This document shows positions 25,103 through 34,887 of a DNA stretch of 46,320 bases, one piece after another. Below the pieces are notes generated by a model, which had not been told where the DNA came from, ran no database searches, and saw nothing but the letters and a program-made list of their open reading frames with translations. How positions within the stretch are numbered: the first letter of the stretch is position 1; the number at the start of each line of letters is the position of its first letter. The stretch is from Novosphingobium sp. (lineage in GTDB: Bacteria > Pseudomonadota > Alphaproteobacteria > Sphingomonadales > Sphingomonadaceae). The DNA lies in NCBI GenBank assembly GCA_046155055.1, contig JBJXEK010000017.1, positions 1-46,320 on the forward strand, in the 5' to 3' direction. The position numbers and the translations under genes were made by a program.

Positions 25103-26659
25103 TCAGGCCTCTCGGCCTGCGAGATCGCGGCGGGCCATCTCGAGCGCCGCAAGTGCAAATGGGACGACAACGAGTATGCCAGCAAGGCCAACCCGCAGGC
25201 TGCCAAAGCTGCTCGATATCCGGCCAGCTGCATATGGCCCCAATGCAAGGCCGAGGATCGTGGCAAAGAGGAGGAACGAGGCGGTGGCGGTGGCCCGCGT
25301 GGATGCGGGCACGATGTTGACGATCGTACCGGATGATCCGCCAATTGCCGCGCTTGCAAGAAACCACATCGGGAAGACACAGGCGGAATAAATCGTGAAT
25401 GAATCCGTGATCAGCATCAGACTATAGGGTATCTGCGCAAGCAGCAGCGCAAAGATGACCACCACGATGCGGCGTGAATGGTGCGTCTCGCCAGCAAAGC
25501 GGTCTCCGAGCGCACCGCCGGCAATCACGCCGAGCGCGCCTCCTGCAGCAGCTGAGCCACCGACAATCAGCGCTACGGTGCCGGGTGCGGCACCGAAAGT
25601 TCGCATGGCATAAAGCGGCCCAAAGGCCGCTGCCGCATACGTGATCACGCACGTGAGCCCATTGCCCAGACTGACCCCGACCACCGAGCGCGTACCCCAA
25701 ATCACGCGGAAAGCCTCCGGATCGTCATGCCGAAGGGCAATCGCCCAGGACGCGATGGCATAGAAACCGATACCAAGCGCAATCCACTGCGCCGGGTCGC
25801 CCAACCACGCCGTCAGCGCGAGGGCGAGAAGCGCCAGTCCCGCTATGATGAGCAGATTGCCGAGCATGGCCCGACCTCCCCGGCGCGCGGCTGCCAGCAA
25901 CGTGAAGGGCGGGACGATGGCCCCCAGATCGCGCGCAAATGCCGACCAGGTTGCTGGCTGGCGAGGCTCCACGGGCGCTGCCGTAACTGCGTAAGCTTCA
26001 TACCGGCCTCGCACCGGTTCGCGCAGGCTGCGAACCCAGAACGCTATCAGCAGTCCCGGCAGGCCCACCGCAAGAAATGCCGCTTGCCAGCCCGCCAGTC
26101 CAAATGGACGGGCTCCCTCGGGAAAGCTGGCGTTCCAGCCACCAGCGATCGTAGTGCCGATATAGAGCGACAGACCACCGCCCATGTAGATCCCGGAGGA
26201 GAAAATGGCGATGGCCGTGGCCCGGCGATTGGCTGGAAAGTAGTCTGACAGGAGCGAGTAGGAGCACGGACCGGCGGTCGCCTCACCGACTCCGACGCCG
26301 ATCCGGGCTGCGCCCAGTTGCCAGAAACTGCGCGACAGGCCGGACAGGGCGGTCATTATCGACCACAGGGCCAGTCCGGTAGCGAGCAGCCAAGTGCGAG
26401 GAGCGCGGTCGGCCAGCTTGCCCAGCGGGATCCCGAACAGCGCATAGAACACGCCGAACGCGGTGCCATAGAGGAAGCCGAACTGTGCGTCGGAAATGCC
26501 GAGATCATGCTTGATGTCGACTGCCAGGATCGTGAGTAGCTGACGGTCCACGAAATTGATTACGTAGACGACGACCAGCACGAACAACGCGTACCAACTG
26601 TACCGATCCACGCCGAGCCACTGCTTCGCCGCCGCGTTAGCCGGCGCCTTATCCGCCAT
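25103..26659 (-). CDS. MFS transporter (Spinster-like)
   Basis: NFVDRQ, LG.SDAQFG.L.G.AF, GKLADR, RIGVGVGEA, SDYFP..RRATA. Start at 26659 or 26665, overlapping the queC end. Confidence 0.9.
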   Translation of the reverse strand: MADKAPANAAAKQWLGVDRYSWYALFVLVVVYVINFVDRQLLTILAVDIKHDLGISDAQFGFLYGTAFGVFYALFGIPLGKLADRAPRTWLLATGLALWSIMTALSGLSRSFWQLGAARIGVGVGEATAGPCSYSLLSDYFPANRRATAIAIFSSGIYMGGGLSLYIGTTIAGGWNASFPEGARPFGLAGWQAAFLAVGLPGLLIAFWVRSLREPVRGRYEAYAVTAAPVEPRQPATWSAFARDLGAIVPPFTLLAAARRGGRAMLGNLLIIAGLALLALALTAWLGDPAQWIALGIGFYAIASWAIALRHDDPEAFRVIWGTRSVVGVSLGNGLTCVITYAAAAFGPLYAMRTFGAAPGTVALIVGGSAAAGGALGVIAGGALGDRFAGETHHSRRIVVVIFALLLAQIPYSLMLITDSFTIYSACVFPMWFLASAAIGGSSGTIVNIVPASTRATATASFLLFATILGLALGPYAAGRISSSFGSLRVGLAGILVVVPFALAALEMARRDLAGREA

Positions 26660-27350
26660 CTCCATAAATCGTGCCATCCTCTATCCCGGCTGCATCGAAT
26701 CCCGCGCGCCGCAGACGGCAGCTGTCACAGACGCCGCAAGCCCGCCCATCGACCAGCGGATCGTAGCACGACCAACTGGCGCCCGGATCGAGCCCGAGTC
26801 GGGCTGCTTCTTGCGCGATTTCACTTTTTTTAAGGTGCTGTAGCGGCGCGTGGACCTGCACGGCGCCGCCATCATTGCCGATCTTGGTCGCGATGCGGGC
26901 CAGGTCCTGAAACCCGCCAATGAACTCAGGTCGGCAATCGGGATAGCCCGAATAATCGAGCGCATTGACACCGATGAACAGATCGCCCGAGCCGGCTGCC
27001 TCGGCCCAGGCGAGCGCGAGTGACAGGAAAACCAGATTGCGCGCAGGGACATAGGTAACGGGTATGTCTGTCCCGACGCCGTCCTTGGGCACATCGATTT
27101 CAGCTGTCAGCGCCGAGCCGCCGAACTGCCGCAGATCGAGGGGAAGAACAACGTGTCGCTGGGCCTGCAGCGTCTGCGCGATGCGCCGGGCGGACTCAAT
27201 CTCGATCCGGTGACGCTGGTTGTAATCGATCGTCAGCGCGAGAAGGCGAAAACCCTGCTCACGGGCCAATCCCGCGCAGACCATCGAATCAAGGCCACCC
27301 GAGAGCAGGACAACGGCAAGGGGTGCATCCCCGGAAGCGACATTTTGCAT
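26649..27350 (-). CDS. queC: 7-cyano-7-deazaguanine synthase
   Basis: SGGLDS, YNQRH, TYVPARN, YPDCRPEF, Zn ligands SCY...CGVCDSC. Confidence 0.97.
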   Translation of the reverse strand: MQNVASGDAPLAVVLLSGGLDSMVCAGLAREQGFRLLALTIDYNQRHRIEIESARRIAQTLQAQRHVVLPLDLRQFGGSALTAEIDVPKDGVGTDIPVTYVPARNLVFLSLALAWAEAAGSGDLFIGVNALDYSGYPDCRPEFIGGFQDLARIATKIGNDGGAVQVHAPLQHLKKSEIAQEAARLGLDPGASWSCYDPLVDGRACGVCDSCRLRRAGFDAAGIEDGTIYGDGG

Positions 27351-27402
27351 CACTCACCACAGCTAATCGCGCCTGCGGCAGGTGGCAATCCTCACCGTGC
27401 AA

Positions 27403-27804
27403 TCAGGATGTGCAGGAACCGACGCGGCGGGCCTCGGCACGGACGTTGAACGGCAAGCCCTGCGCAATACCCTGCGTCTCGAGTTGCACCAACTGGGCGC
27501 TTTCAAACCGGACAGACGTCTGGCCATAGCCGTTACCCGGGCAGGTATAGTGAACGGTCACGGCCTTGGCGGTGTCTTCCACGGTGAGGCTGCGGCATGT
27601 TTCGCGCATGTGGCGGATCTGGATCAGACTCCGGCCGTTTTCGAGACACACGCGGCTCCGTCCGCTCGACAAGTCGCGATCGCGCACTTCCCATTGTCCG
27701 GGCTGAAGCAGATCCAGCATCGCCAGCGCGGGTTTTTCTGCTGTCACCGCAGGACCGGAAAATGCAGCAGCCATAACCGCCCCGCCGATGGCTAGATGGC
27801 GCAT
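27403..27804 (-). CDS. Secreted hypothetical protein (DUF3617-like)
   Basis: Signal-peptide-like N-terminus, LQPGQWEVR, paired Cys, C-terminal ARRVGSC. Start uncertain (27804-27849). Confidence 0.6.
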   Translation of the reverse strand: MRHLAIGGAVMAAAFSGPAVTAEKPALAMLDLLQPGQWEVRDRDLSSGRSRVCLENGRSLIQIRHMRETCRSLTVEDTAKAVTVHYTCPGNGYGQTSVRFESAQLVQLETQGIAQGLPFNVRAEARRVGSCTS

Positions 27805-27970
27805 GGTCAGCAAGGTTGACCGGGTCGAGTGGCGCATTGGGCTGTCCATCGGGAAGGCTCATGCATTGATGGCATCCTCGGCACTGTGCCGATGATCACG
27901 GCGGCCATTATAACGAAACTTTTCACTGCGTTAAAGTGTTCTCTGCGTGCGACCAGCCGCCGGCGCGCGA

Positions 27971-28891
27971 TCAATCGAGATCGATCTCGAAAATGCGCGA
28001 ACAAAACGCGCAATCGACCAGGATAAGTCCTTCATCATTGCGCATGTCTTTCCGCTCCTCGGGCCCGAATCGCGCGAGAACAGACCGGTAGTATTCGCCG
28101 GAGCAGCGACATCCCTTGATGACTCGTGGGCCGTGCTCGACCCGGATTTCAGGCTCCTCATGAAAGAGACGCCAGACTAGGCTTTCTAGATCCAGCGCCG
28201 GATCGACCAGCTCAGCATGCGCGACACTGCTGCCCAGGATCTGGATGTGCTCCCACTCGGGATGATCGAGCTGCACATGGATGCGCTCGCGGCCCTCCTC
28301 GCCGTCCGGAAGATGCTGGATCAGCATTCCGCCCGCGACGCAGCCGGTGAAATCGCTGCGCATATCCAAACGGATCAGGGTCGGGATCTGCTCCGATTGA
28401 ACGAAGTAGCTCTCGCACGCTTCGGCCAGCGTATCGCCTTCCAGCGGGACAATTCCCTGATAGCGTTGACCGCTCGTCGCCAGGTCAAAGGTGACAGCGA
28501 GATAACCGTCCCCGAACAGCGCATGGAGGCTCGGACTCGGCCCAAGATCATCAAGCCGGGCACGGTCGAAGCGGGCATAACCGCGCAGTTCCCCTCCGCG
28601 ATAATCGCACACCAGAAGATCGACAACGCCGTCCTGTGTCTGCGCCTGCATTGTCAGCTGGCCGTCCGCATCCTTGAGCAGCGAGCCGAGCAGCGTCGCA
28701 AGGACAAGTGCTTCGGCCAGCAGATGGCGGATCGGCGCGGGATAGGCATGCGCCGCAATGATCTCGTCGAGCACTGGCCCGAGCCGGACCACCCGGCCGC
28801 GCGCATTGCGTGCTGCCACAGTGAACGCAAGCGTCCGATCGAACCCAGTCGCCCCCCCGGTCAAGTCGTCTGGCCCTGCGCCCCCGGCCAT
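27971..28891 (-). CDS. hslO: Hsp33 redox-regulated chaperone
   Basis: RGRVVRL, YQGIVPLEG, YF.QSEQIPT, Zn motif CRCS...CAFC. Confidence 0.95.
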   Translation of the reverse strand: MAGGAGPDDLTGGATGFDRTLAFTVAARNARGRVVRLGPVLDEIIAAHAYPAPIRHLLAEALVLATLLGSLLKDADGQLTMQAQTQDGVVDLLVCDYRGGELRGYARFDRARLDDLGPSPSLHALFGDGYLAVTFDLATSGQRYQGIVPLEGDTLAEACESYFVQSEQIPTLIRLDMRSDFTGCVAGGMLIQHLPDGEEGRERIHVQLDHPEWEHIQILGSSVAHAELVDPALDLESLVWRLFHEEPEIRVEHGPRVIKGCRCSGEYYRSVLARFGPEERKDMRNDEGLILVDCAFCSRIFEIDLD

Positions 28892-28893
28892 GA

Positions 28894-29832
28894 TCAGATC
28901 TGCCCGAAGGCCCAGCGCAGGATCGCCTTTTGCGCATGGATGCGGTTCTCGGCCTCATCCCAGATCGCAGACTGCGGCCCGTCGATCACCGCATCGGTCA
29001 CTTCCTCGCCGCGATGCGCCGGCAGACAATGCAGGAACACCGCATCCGGCTTGGCCAGGGCCATCAGCGCCTCGTTCACCTGAAACGGAGCCATAGCGGC
29101 AAGCTTGGCCTCCGCGTGCGCCTGGCCCATCGAGATCCACGTGTCGGTCACGACCACATCCGCACCGTGCGCCGCGCTCTGGGCATTGCGGTGGATATCG
29201 ATCCGGGCCCCACCGGCACGCGCTTGCGTAATGAAGCGTGCATCGCTGTCGTAGCCCTCGGGCACACCGATCCGCACATTGAACTTCATCAACCCGGCGG
29301 CTTCCACCAGTGAATTGAGCACGTTATTACCATCGCCCAGCCAGGCGATCTCAAGGCCCGGAAGCGCTTTGCCGCGTTCTAGCAGGGTCTGCAAATCGGC
29401 AACGATCTGGCAAGGGTGCGACAGATCAGTCAGGCCGTTGATCACCGGGACCGTGGCGTGGTGCGCCAGTTCCTCGACCTTGGCGTGATCATCGGTGCGC
29501 AGCATAATGGCGTCGGCCATGCGGCTAAGCACGCGCGCAGTGTCGGCCACGGTTTCCCCGCGCCCGAGCTGGGTGTTGCCAGCCTCGAGCACGAGCGCGC
29601 TGCCACCGAGCTGGCGGATCGCGATATCGAACGACGCACGGGTACGGGTCGAGCTCTTCTCGAATACCATCGCCAGCACCCGTCCCGCCAGCGGAGCATC
29701 GGCATCGGGCAAGCCCTTTGGCAGTCCCATTGGCGAGCGTTGCCGCGCCGCCTTTCGGTCCATCGCATCGCCGAGCATGGCTGCAAGCGCATCTCCGCCC
29801 GCATCACCCAACGCGAGGAAATGCCGGGTCAT
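28894..29832 (-). CDS. argF: Ornithine carbamoyltransferase
   Basis: [44 protein letters not shown]. Confidence 0.97.
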   Translation of the reverse strand: MTRHFLALGDAGGDALAAMLGDAMDRKAARQRSPMGLPKGLPDADAPLAGRVLAMVFEKSSTRTRASFDIAIRQLGGSALVLEAGNTQLGRGETVADTARVLSRMADAIMLRTDDHAKVEELAHHATVPVINGLTDLSHPCQIVADLQTLLERGKALPGLEIAWLGDGNNVLNSLVEAAGLMKFNVRIGVPEGYDSDARFITQARAGGARIDIHRNAQSAAHGADVVVTDTWISMGQAHAEAKLAAMAPFQVNEALMALAKPDAVFLHCLPAHRGEEVTDAVIDGPQSAIWDEAENRIHAQKAILRWAFGQI

Positions 29833-31022
29833 GCCGGCACGGCTTCAGCCGCATAGCTGGCTGTCGCGGCCGAGAGCTTTTCCATGAACTCGTCGATGTG
29901 GGCGTCGTCGATCACCAACGGCGGCAGCACGCGGAAGGTCATGTCACCGGCCGCAACCGTCAGCAGATGATGGTTGTCGCGCATGTGCACCACAAACGGC
30001 CGCGGTTCGACCTTCATCTTCACGCCGAGCATCAGCCCCCGTCCACGCACAAGTTCGAACAGATCGGGATAGTTGCCGATGAACTGTTCGAGCCGCCCGC
30101 GCAGGCGTTCACCCTTGGCCTTGACCTCCTCAAGAAAGGCCGGCTCGGCCACGACATCGAGCACCGCTTCAGCTGCTGCCATGGCGAGCGGGTTGCCGCC
30201 ATAGGTGCTGCCATGCGTGCCAAGGCCCATGCCGCGCGCCGCGCTCTCGGTTGCAAGGCACGCACCAAGCGGGAACCCGCCGCCGATGCCCTTCGCGGTC
30301 GCCATGATATCGGGCACGACTCCGTACTGCTCGTAGGCGTAGAGGTTTCCTGTGCGCGCAACGCCGCACTGCACTTCATCGAACACCAGCATCAGATCAT
30401 GCTCATCGGCCAGATCACGCAGCCCCTGCAGGAATTCGACCGAGGCATCGCGGATGCCGCCTTCGCCCTGAATCGGCTCAACAAGGAAGCCGGCGGTCTG
30501 AGGCCCGATGGCCGCACGCGCGCCCTCAAGATCATCGAAATCGACATAGCTGAAGCCCTGCAGCAAAGGCATGAAACCCTTGTGCATCTTCTCCTGGTTG
30601 GAAGCGCTGATCGTGGCCATCGTACGGCCATGGAATGCGTTCTTGAACGTGATCAGTTCATAGCGATCAGTATTGCCGCCGTGCTGGTGATAGGAGCGTG
30701 CGGTTTTGATCGCGCATTCCACTGCTTCCGCACCAGAATTGGTGAAGAACACCGTATCGGCAAAGGTCAGATCGACCAGCCGCTGGGCCAGATGCTCACC
30801 TTGCGGGCTGCCATAGAGATTGGACACGTGCATCAGCGTTGCGGCCTGGCGCTGGATGGCGCCGATCAGGTGCTCGTTGCTGTGGCCCAGCAGATTGACC
30901 GCGATGCCGCTGGCGAAATCGAGATAGCGGGTGCCGTCCTCGGTGATCAGGTGGCAATGCTCGCCGCGCACCGGACGCACGCCGCACCGGGGGTATACGG
31001 GCATAAGCGGAGTGATCGACAT
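29829..31022 (-). CDS. argD: Acetylornithine aminotransferase
   Basis: [28 protein letters not shown] Lys in [16 protein letters not shown]. Start ATG 31022; operon with argF and hslO. Confidence 0.95.
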   Translation of the reverse strand: MSITPLMPVYPRCGVRPVRGEHCHLITEDGTRYLDFASGIAVNLLGHSNEHLIGAIQRQAATLMHVSNLYGSPQGEHLAQRLVDLTFADTVFFTNSGAEAVECAIKTARSYHQHGGNTDRYELITFKNAFHGRTMATISASNQEKMHKGFMPLLQGFSYVDFDDLEGARAAIGPQTAGFLVEPIQGEGGIRDASVEFLQGLRDLADEHDLMLVFDEVQCGVARTGNLYAYEQYGVVPDIMATAKGIGGGFPLGACLATESAARGMGLGTHGSTYGGNPLAMAAAEAVLDVVAEPAFLEEVKAKGERLRGRLEQFIGNYPDLFELVRGRGLMLGVKMKVEPRPFVVHMRDNHHLLTVAAGDMTFRVLPPLVIDDAHIDEFMEKLSAATASYAAEAVPA

Positions 31023-31077
31023 GACAGAGTTCCTTCTCGCTTGCGCACCCGAGATGGGCCGGGAGCAATATCGTAAA

Positions 31078-31106
31078 CGACAAATGGCGACCCCGAAGGG
31101 CCGCCA
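31078..31106 (-). terminator. Putative terminator of the cold-shock gene
   Basis: Minus strand TGGCGGCCC-ttcg-GGGTCGCCA followed by TTTGTCG. Confidence 0.6.
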
Positions 31107-31164
31107 CCTGCATCTGTTGAAGGGCACAGTTTACCGGTGATCTACCGGCGACCTCGCACCCGTA

Positions 31165-31986
31165 TCAGTCTTGTCGCGGCGTCAGATTGACCGCCGAATA
31201 CTTGCCGCGGCGATCGACCTCAAGGTCGAACTCGAGCTTGTCGCCTTCGTTGAGTTCCCGCATGCCCGAACGCTCGACCGCACTGATGTGCACAAACGCA
31301 TCTGGCTGGCCGTCGTCACGCGTGATGAAGCCGAAGCCCTTCATCGCGTTGAAGAACTTGACCGTACCAGTCGCCTTCTCACCCGTCAGCTGGCGCTGGG
31401 GCGCGGCGGGCTTGGCCGCGACCGCGATCACATCGCCGACAACCTGCAGATCAGCTGCCGAAACCTTGCCGCCGCGATCAACCAGATTGAACTCAAGCTG
31501 CTGGCCCTCGGCGAGGGCTTCGAGGCCCGCGCGCTCGACGGCGCTGATGTGAACGAACACGTCCTCCCCGCCGTCTTCACGCTGGATGAAGCCGAAGCCT
31601 TTTTGCGCGTTGAAGAACTTTACGACGCCCTTGCCAGTACCAACGACCTGAGCAGGCATGCCGCCTCCGCCACCGCCGCCGCCCGGACCACGGGGGCCGC
31701 CGAAGCCGCCACCGCCGCCGCGCGGAGCACCGCCACCGCCGCCGAAGCCGCCGCGATCACCGCCACCAAAGCCGCCGCGATCACCGCCGCCGCTGAAGCC
31801 GCCGCGATCACCGCCGCCGAAGCCCCCACGACCGCCGCCGCCGCCGCCGCCAAAACCACCGCGATCAAATCCGCCGCCGAAACCACCGCCGCCGCCGCCA
31901 CCGCCGTAGGGATCGAATCCGCCTTCGTCACCGAAACCATCGCGCTTGTCGCGTCCGCGACCCCGCCGCCCTCTGTCAAAACCCAT
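31165..31986 (-). CDS. Tandem cold-shock-domain protein with an N-terminal RGG/FG low-complexity region
   Basis: Two CSDs (GVVKFFN..KGFGFI...DVFVHISA and GTVKFFN..KGFGFI...DAFVHISA) preceded by ~110 aa of GGFGGGDR-type repeats. Start ATG 31986. Confidence 0.93.
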   Translation of the reverse strand: MGFDRGRRGRGRDKRDGFGDEGGFDPYGGGGGGGGFGGGFDRGGFGGGGGGGRGGFGGGDRGGFSGGGDRGGFGGGDRGGFGGGGGAPRGGGGGFGGPRGPGGGGGGGGMPAQVVGTGKGVVKFFNAQKGFGFIQREDGGEDVFVHISAVERAGLEALAEGQQLEFNLVDRGGKVSAADLQVVGDVIAVAAKPAAPQRQLTGEKATGTVKFFNAMKGFGFITRDDGQPDAFVHISAVERSGMRELNEGDKLEFDLEVDRRGKYSAVNLTPRQD

Positions 31987-32239
31987 AAAAACCAATAGAC
32001 CTTCGTTCCGCCCCTGCTTTCCTGCGTGCCGCAAGCCGGACGCGGTTGCCGACGGCACAGCAAGGGAAATACGCCAAGCTCTGCCTGACTGTCCTCTGCA
32101 TCAAAGACTATAGCCAACAAATGGCCCAAGCGCGAACGGATTCGACGTTTCCGGGGACTTCCCGCTGAATTGGTGTGGCCTTTCTGCCATTTTGTGGTGC
32201 CCCTTGCCCTTCCGCAGTGGTTTGGGCAAAGCTGCCATC

Positions 32240-33034
32240 ATGCACTTTCTGTCGCTTTTGTCTGATCCTTCCGCTTGGGCGGCTCTTCTCACGCTCGTGC
32301 TGCTCGAGATCGTGCTGGGCATCGACAACCTCGTTTTCATCGCGATCCTCTCGAACAAACTGCCTGCGCATCAGCAGGCCAAGGCGCGCCGGATCGGGCT
32401 TTTGCTGGCTCTCGGCCTCAGACTCGGCTTGCTGACGCTGATCGGCTGGATCGTGACGCTGACCGCGCCGCTGATCGATCTTGGCCTATCCGGTGGCACA
32501 GGTGAACATGGCGAGACCCTGTTCGAGACAGTCTTTTCCGGCCGTGATCTCATCCTGATTGCGGGCGGGCTGTTCCTGCTGTGGAAGGCGACCAAGGAAA
32601 TTCACCACACGATCGATCCCGAACCGAGCGGCGACATGCTCGATCACAAGGGGCACACCGCCACCGTTGCCGCCAATTTCGGCGCAACGATTGCCCAGAT
32701 CATCGCGCTCGATCTCGTTTTTTCGATCGATTCGATTCTCACTGCCGTCGGCATGACCGACGAGATCGCAATCATGGTCTGCGCCGTGATCATCACCGTT
32801 GGCCTGATGATGCTCGCGGCCGATCCGCTCGCCCGCTTCATTGAAAAGAACCCGACCCTGGTGATGCTCGCGCTCGCGTTCCTGATCATGATCGGGCTTG
32901 TCTTGCTGGCAGACGGCTTCGGGGTGCACGTCCCGAAGGGCTATATCTACGCCGCCATGGGCTTCTCGGTGTTTGTCGAGGGGCTCAACATCGTCGGCCG
33001 CAATCGCCGCGCCAGCCGCAACAACGCCGCTTGA
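32240..33034 (+). CDS. TerC family membrane protein
   Basis: [46 protein letters not shown]. Start ATG 32240. Confidence 0.93.
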   Translation: MHFLSLLSDPSAWAALLTLVLLEIVLGIDNLVFIAILSNKLPAHQQAKARRIGLLLALGLRLGLLTLIGWIVTLTAPLIDLGLSGGTGEHGETLFETVFSGRDLILIAGGLFLLWKATKEIHHTIDPEPSGDMLDHKGHTATVAANFGATIAQIIALDLVFSIDSILTAVGMTDEIAIMVCAVIITVGLMMLAADPLARFIEKNPTLVMLALAFLIMIGLVLLADGFGVHVPKGYIYAAMGFSVFVEGLNIVGRNRRASRNNAA

Positions 33035-33044
33035 AAGCACAGCC

Positions 33045-33479
33045 ATGTTCCGCAAGATCGACGACAAGACCTTTGCCAGCCCGCAGATCCGCCTGGCCGA
33101 TATCGCCGAAGCCCGTGAAATGGGCATCGGCATGATCGTCAACAATCGGCCCGAAGACGAATCCGACGACCAGACCCCCGGCGACGTGATCGAAGCCGCT
33201 GCGGTGGCGGCTGGCATGGCCTATGTCGCGATACCCGTCACGCATGCCGGCTTCTCGATGCCGCAAGTCGAAGCGATGCAAGCCGCACTCGCCGCCGCGG
33301 GCGACAAGCCGGTCCTCGCTTATTGCCGTTCGGGCACCCGCTCGACCCTGCTGTGGGCCCTCGCGCAGGCGCGCATGGGCACCGACCTTACGACCATCGC
33401 TTCCAGCGCCGCCGCGGCGGGCTACGATGTCAGCCCCATCGGGCCCGAGCTCGATTTCCTGGCCGCCCAAGCGCGATGA
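33045..33479 (+). CDS. TIGR01244/DUF442 sulfurtransferase- or phosphatase-like protein
   Basis: ASPQI, IVNNRPEDE, active-site loop YCRSGTRS. Confidence 0.88.
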   Translation: MFRKIDDKTFASPQIRLADIAEAREMGIGMIVNNRPEDESDDQTPGDVIEAAAVAAGMAYVAIPVTHAGFSMPQVEAMQAALAAAGDKPVLAYCRSGTRSTLLWALAQARMGTDLTTIASSAAAAGYDVSPIGPELDFLAAQAR

Positions 33480-33892
33480 TCGGGTTCGCAGCCTTGGCGC
33501 TTCAGGCTCTCGGCTCGTTGCTCGCGATCCTGCTCGTCTATGGCGTCGTCCGCGCGCTGAGGCTGGGCGAGGATGTGCGCATCGCCGACGAGGCCGAGGC
33601 CCGCGCACTGGCCGAGGCCGCGCGCTGCGGGTTCGCTCCGGTCGAGGTCGCGCTCGATCGGGCGCGGATCGGCGCGTTGCTCCGCAATGGCGCAGGCGAA
33701 GTCATGCTTATCCGCCGCCACGGCGCGCGCTTTGCAGCAAGGCTGCTGACATCGCACGCCGGCGTGCGGCTCGATCAGGGCTTCCTGACGCTATCGACCG
33801 AAGATCCCCATTTCGGCAGCGTCACGCTCGATCTGGGCGCACGCGCGCAAGTCTGGGCGGCCAGCCTCCGCCGGCTGGGAGAGTCCGCGTGA
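33476..33892 (+). CDS. Hypothetical membrane-anchored protein
   Basis: ATGA/GTGA overlaps with both neighbours; N-terminal TM helix (GSLLAILLVYGVV). Confidence 0.7.
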   Translation: MIGFAALALQALGSLLAILLVYGVVRALRLGEDVRIADEAEARALAEAARCGFAPVEVALDRARIGALLRNGAGEVMLIRRHGARFAARLLTSHAGVRLDQGFLTLSTEDPHFGSVTLDLGARAQVWAASLRRLGESA

Positions 33893-34887
33893 ACGATGTC
33901 ATGGCCGCCCTCGGGCGGGCGTTCAGCGCGCCGATCACCGCGCCGATCGATGTGATCGCCTTTGCCGTGCCCGCGTTCATTGCGCTCATCCTGATCGAGA
34001 TTGCCTGGGCCCGCCGCCACGCACCGCAGGCCTACGAAGCGAGCGACATGCGCACCTCGCTTCTGCTCGGCCTCGGCAGCACGATCGCTGGCGCTCTGGT
34101 GGCGAGTGCGATCTACGGCGCAGCGCTCTGGCTCCATGCCCACCGCGTGGCGAGTGTGCCTTATGCCTGGTGGTCGTGGGCCGCATTGTTTCTGCTGGAT
34201 GATTTCAATTACTATTGGGCGCATCGCACCGGTCACCGGGTCCGCTGGTTCTGGGCGGCGCATGTCAACCACCACACCAGCCAGCACTACAACCTCAGCA
34301 CCGCGCTGAGGCAGACCTGGACCGGGTTTTTCGCGCTCTCGTTCGTGTTCCGCATCTGGCCGGCCTTTGTCGGCTTTCCGCCTGAGATGATCCTGACCGT
34401 GGGCGCGATCAACACTGTCGGCCAGTTCTGGATCCATACCGAAGCCGTGCGCCGGATGCCGGCCTGGTTCGAATGGCTGTTCAACACCCCCTCGCACCAC
34501 CGCGTCCACCACGCCACCAACCCGCTTTACCTCGACCGCAACTTTGCCGGCGTGTTCATGGCCTGGGACCGACTGTTCGGCACCTTTCAGCCCGAGCTGG
34601 ACAGCGAACCGGCGCGCTACGGCGTAGTCCGCCAGCTCGGCACATTCAGCGTGCTCCATTCGGTTTTCCACGAATGGAAAGGCATGCTGCAGGATTTAGC
34701 CGCCGCTCCCTGGCGCTACAAGCTGGCATACCTTGTGCGTGAGCCGGGCTGGAGCCACGACGGCAGCCGCGACAGCTCGGATACGATCCGTGCGCGCTGG
34801 CGGGCGGGGCGTGATGCCGTTGCGGCGTCAGTGCCCGATCAGCCCCAGCGCATGCCGGATGAACGCATCGCGGTCGGTCACCCATAG
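33889..34887 (+). CDS. Sterol desaturase / fatty acid hydroxylase family (alkylglycerol monooxygenase-like)
   Basis: His boxes HRTGH, HVNHH, WIHTE, HHRVHH; YNLSTALRQ, WDRLFGTF. GTG start at 33889. Confidence 0.9.
   Translation: MNDVMAALGRAFSAPITAPIDVIAFAVPAFIALILIEIAWARRHAPQAYEASDMRTSLLLGLGSTIAGALVASAIYGAALWLHAHRVASVPYAWWSWAALFLLDDFNYYWAHRTGHRVRWFWAAHVNHHTSQHYNLSTALRQTWTGFFALSFVFRIWPAFVGFPPEMILTVGAINTVGQFWIHTEAVRRMPAWFEWLFNTPSHHRVHHATNPLYLDRNFAGVFMAWDRLFGTFQPELDSEPARYGVVRQLGTFSVLHSVFHEWKGMLQDLAAAPWRYKLAYLVREPGWSHDGSRDSSDTIRARWRAGRDAVAASVPDQPQRMPDERIAVGHP

Noticed and set aside
31171-31998. 275-aa Ala-rich plus-strand ORF, and similar long antisense ORFs such as 36200-38419, 29718-31076 and 23438-24673
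   Set aside because: Shadow ORFs opposite well-supported genes, as expected in high-GC DNA; no motifs of their own.
31990-32240. yybP-ykoY (Mn) riboswitch upstream of terC; preQ1 riboswitch upstream of queC also considered
   Set aside because: No recognisable consensus (such as GGGGAGUAG) in the terC spacer, and the queC spacer is only ~50 bp with no matching motif.
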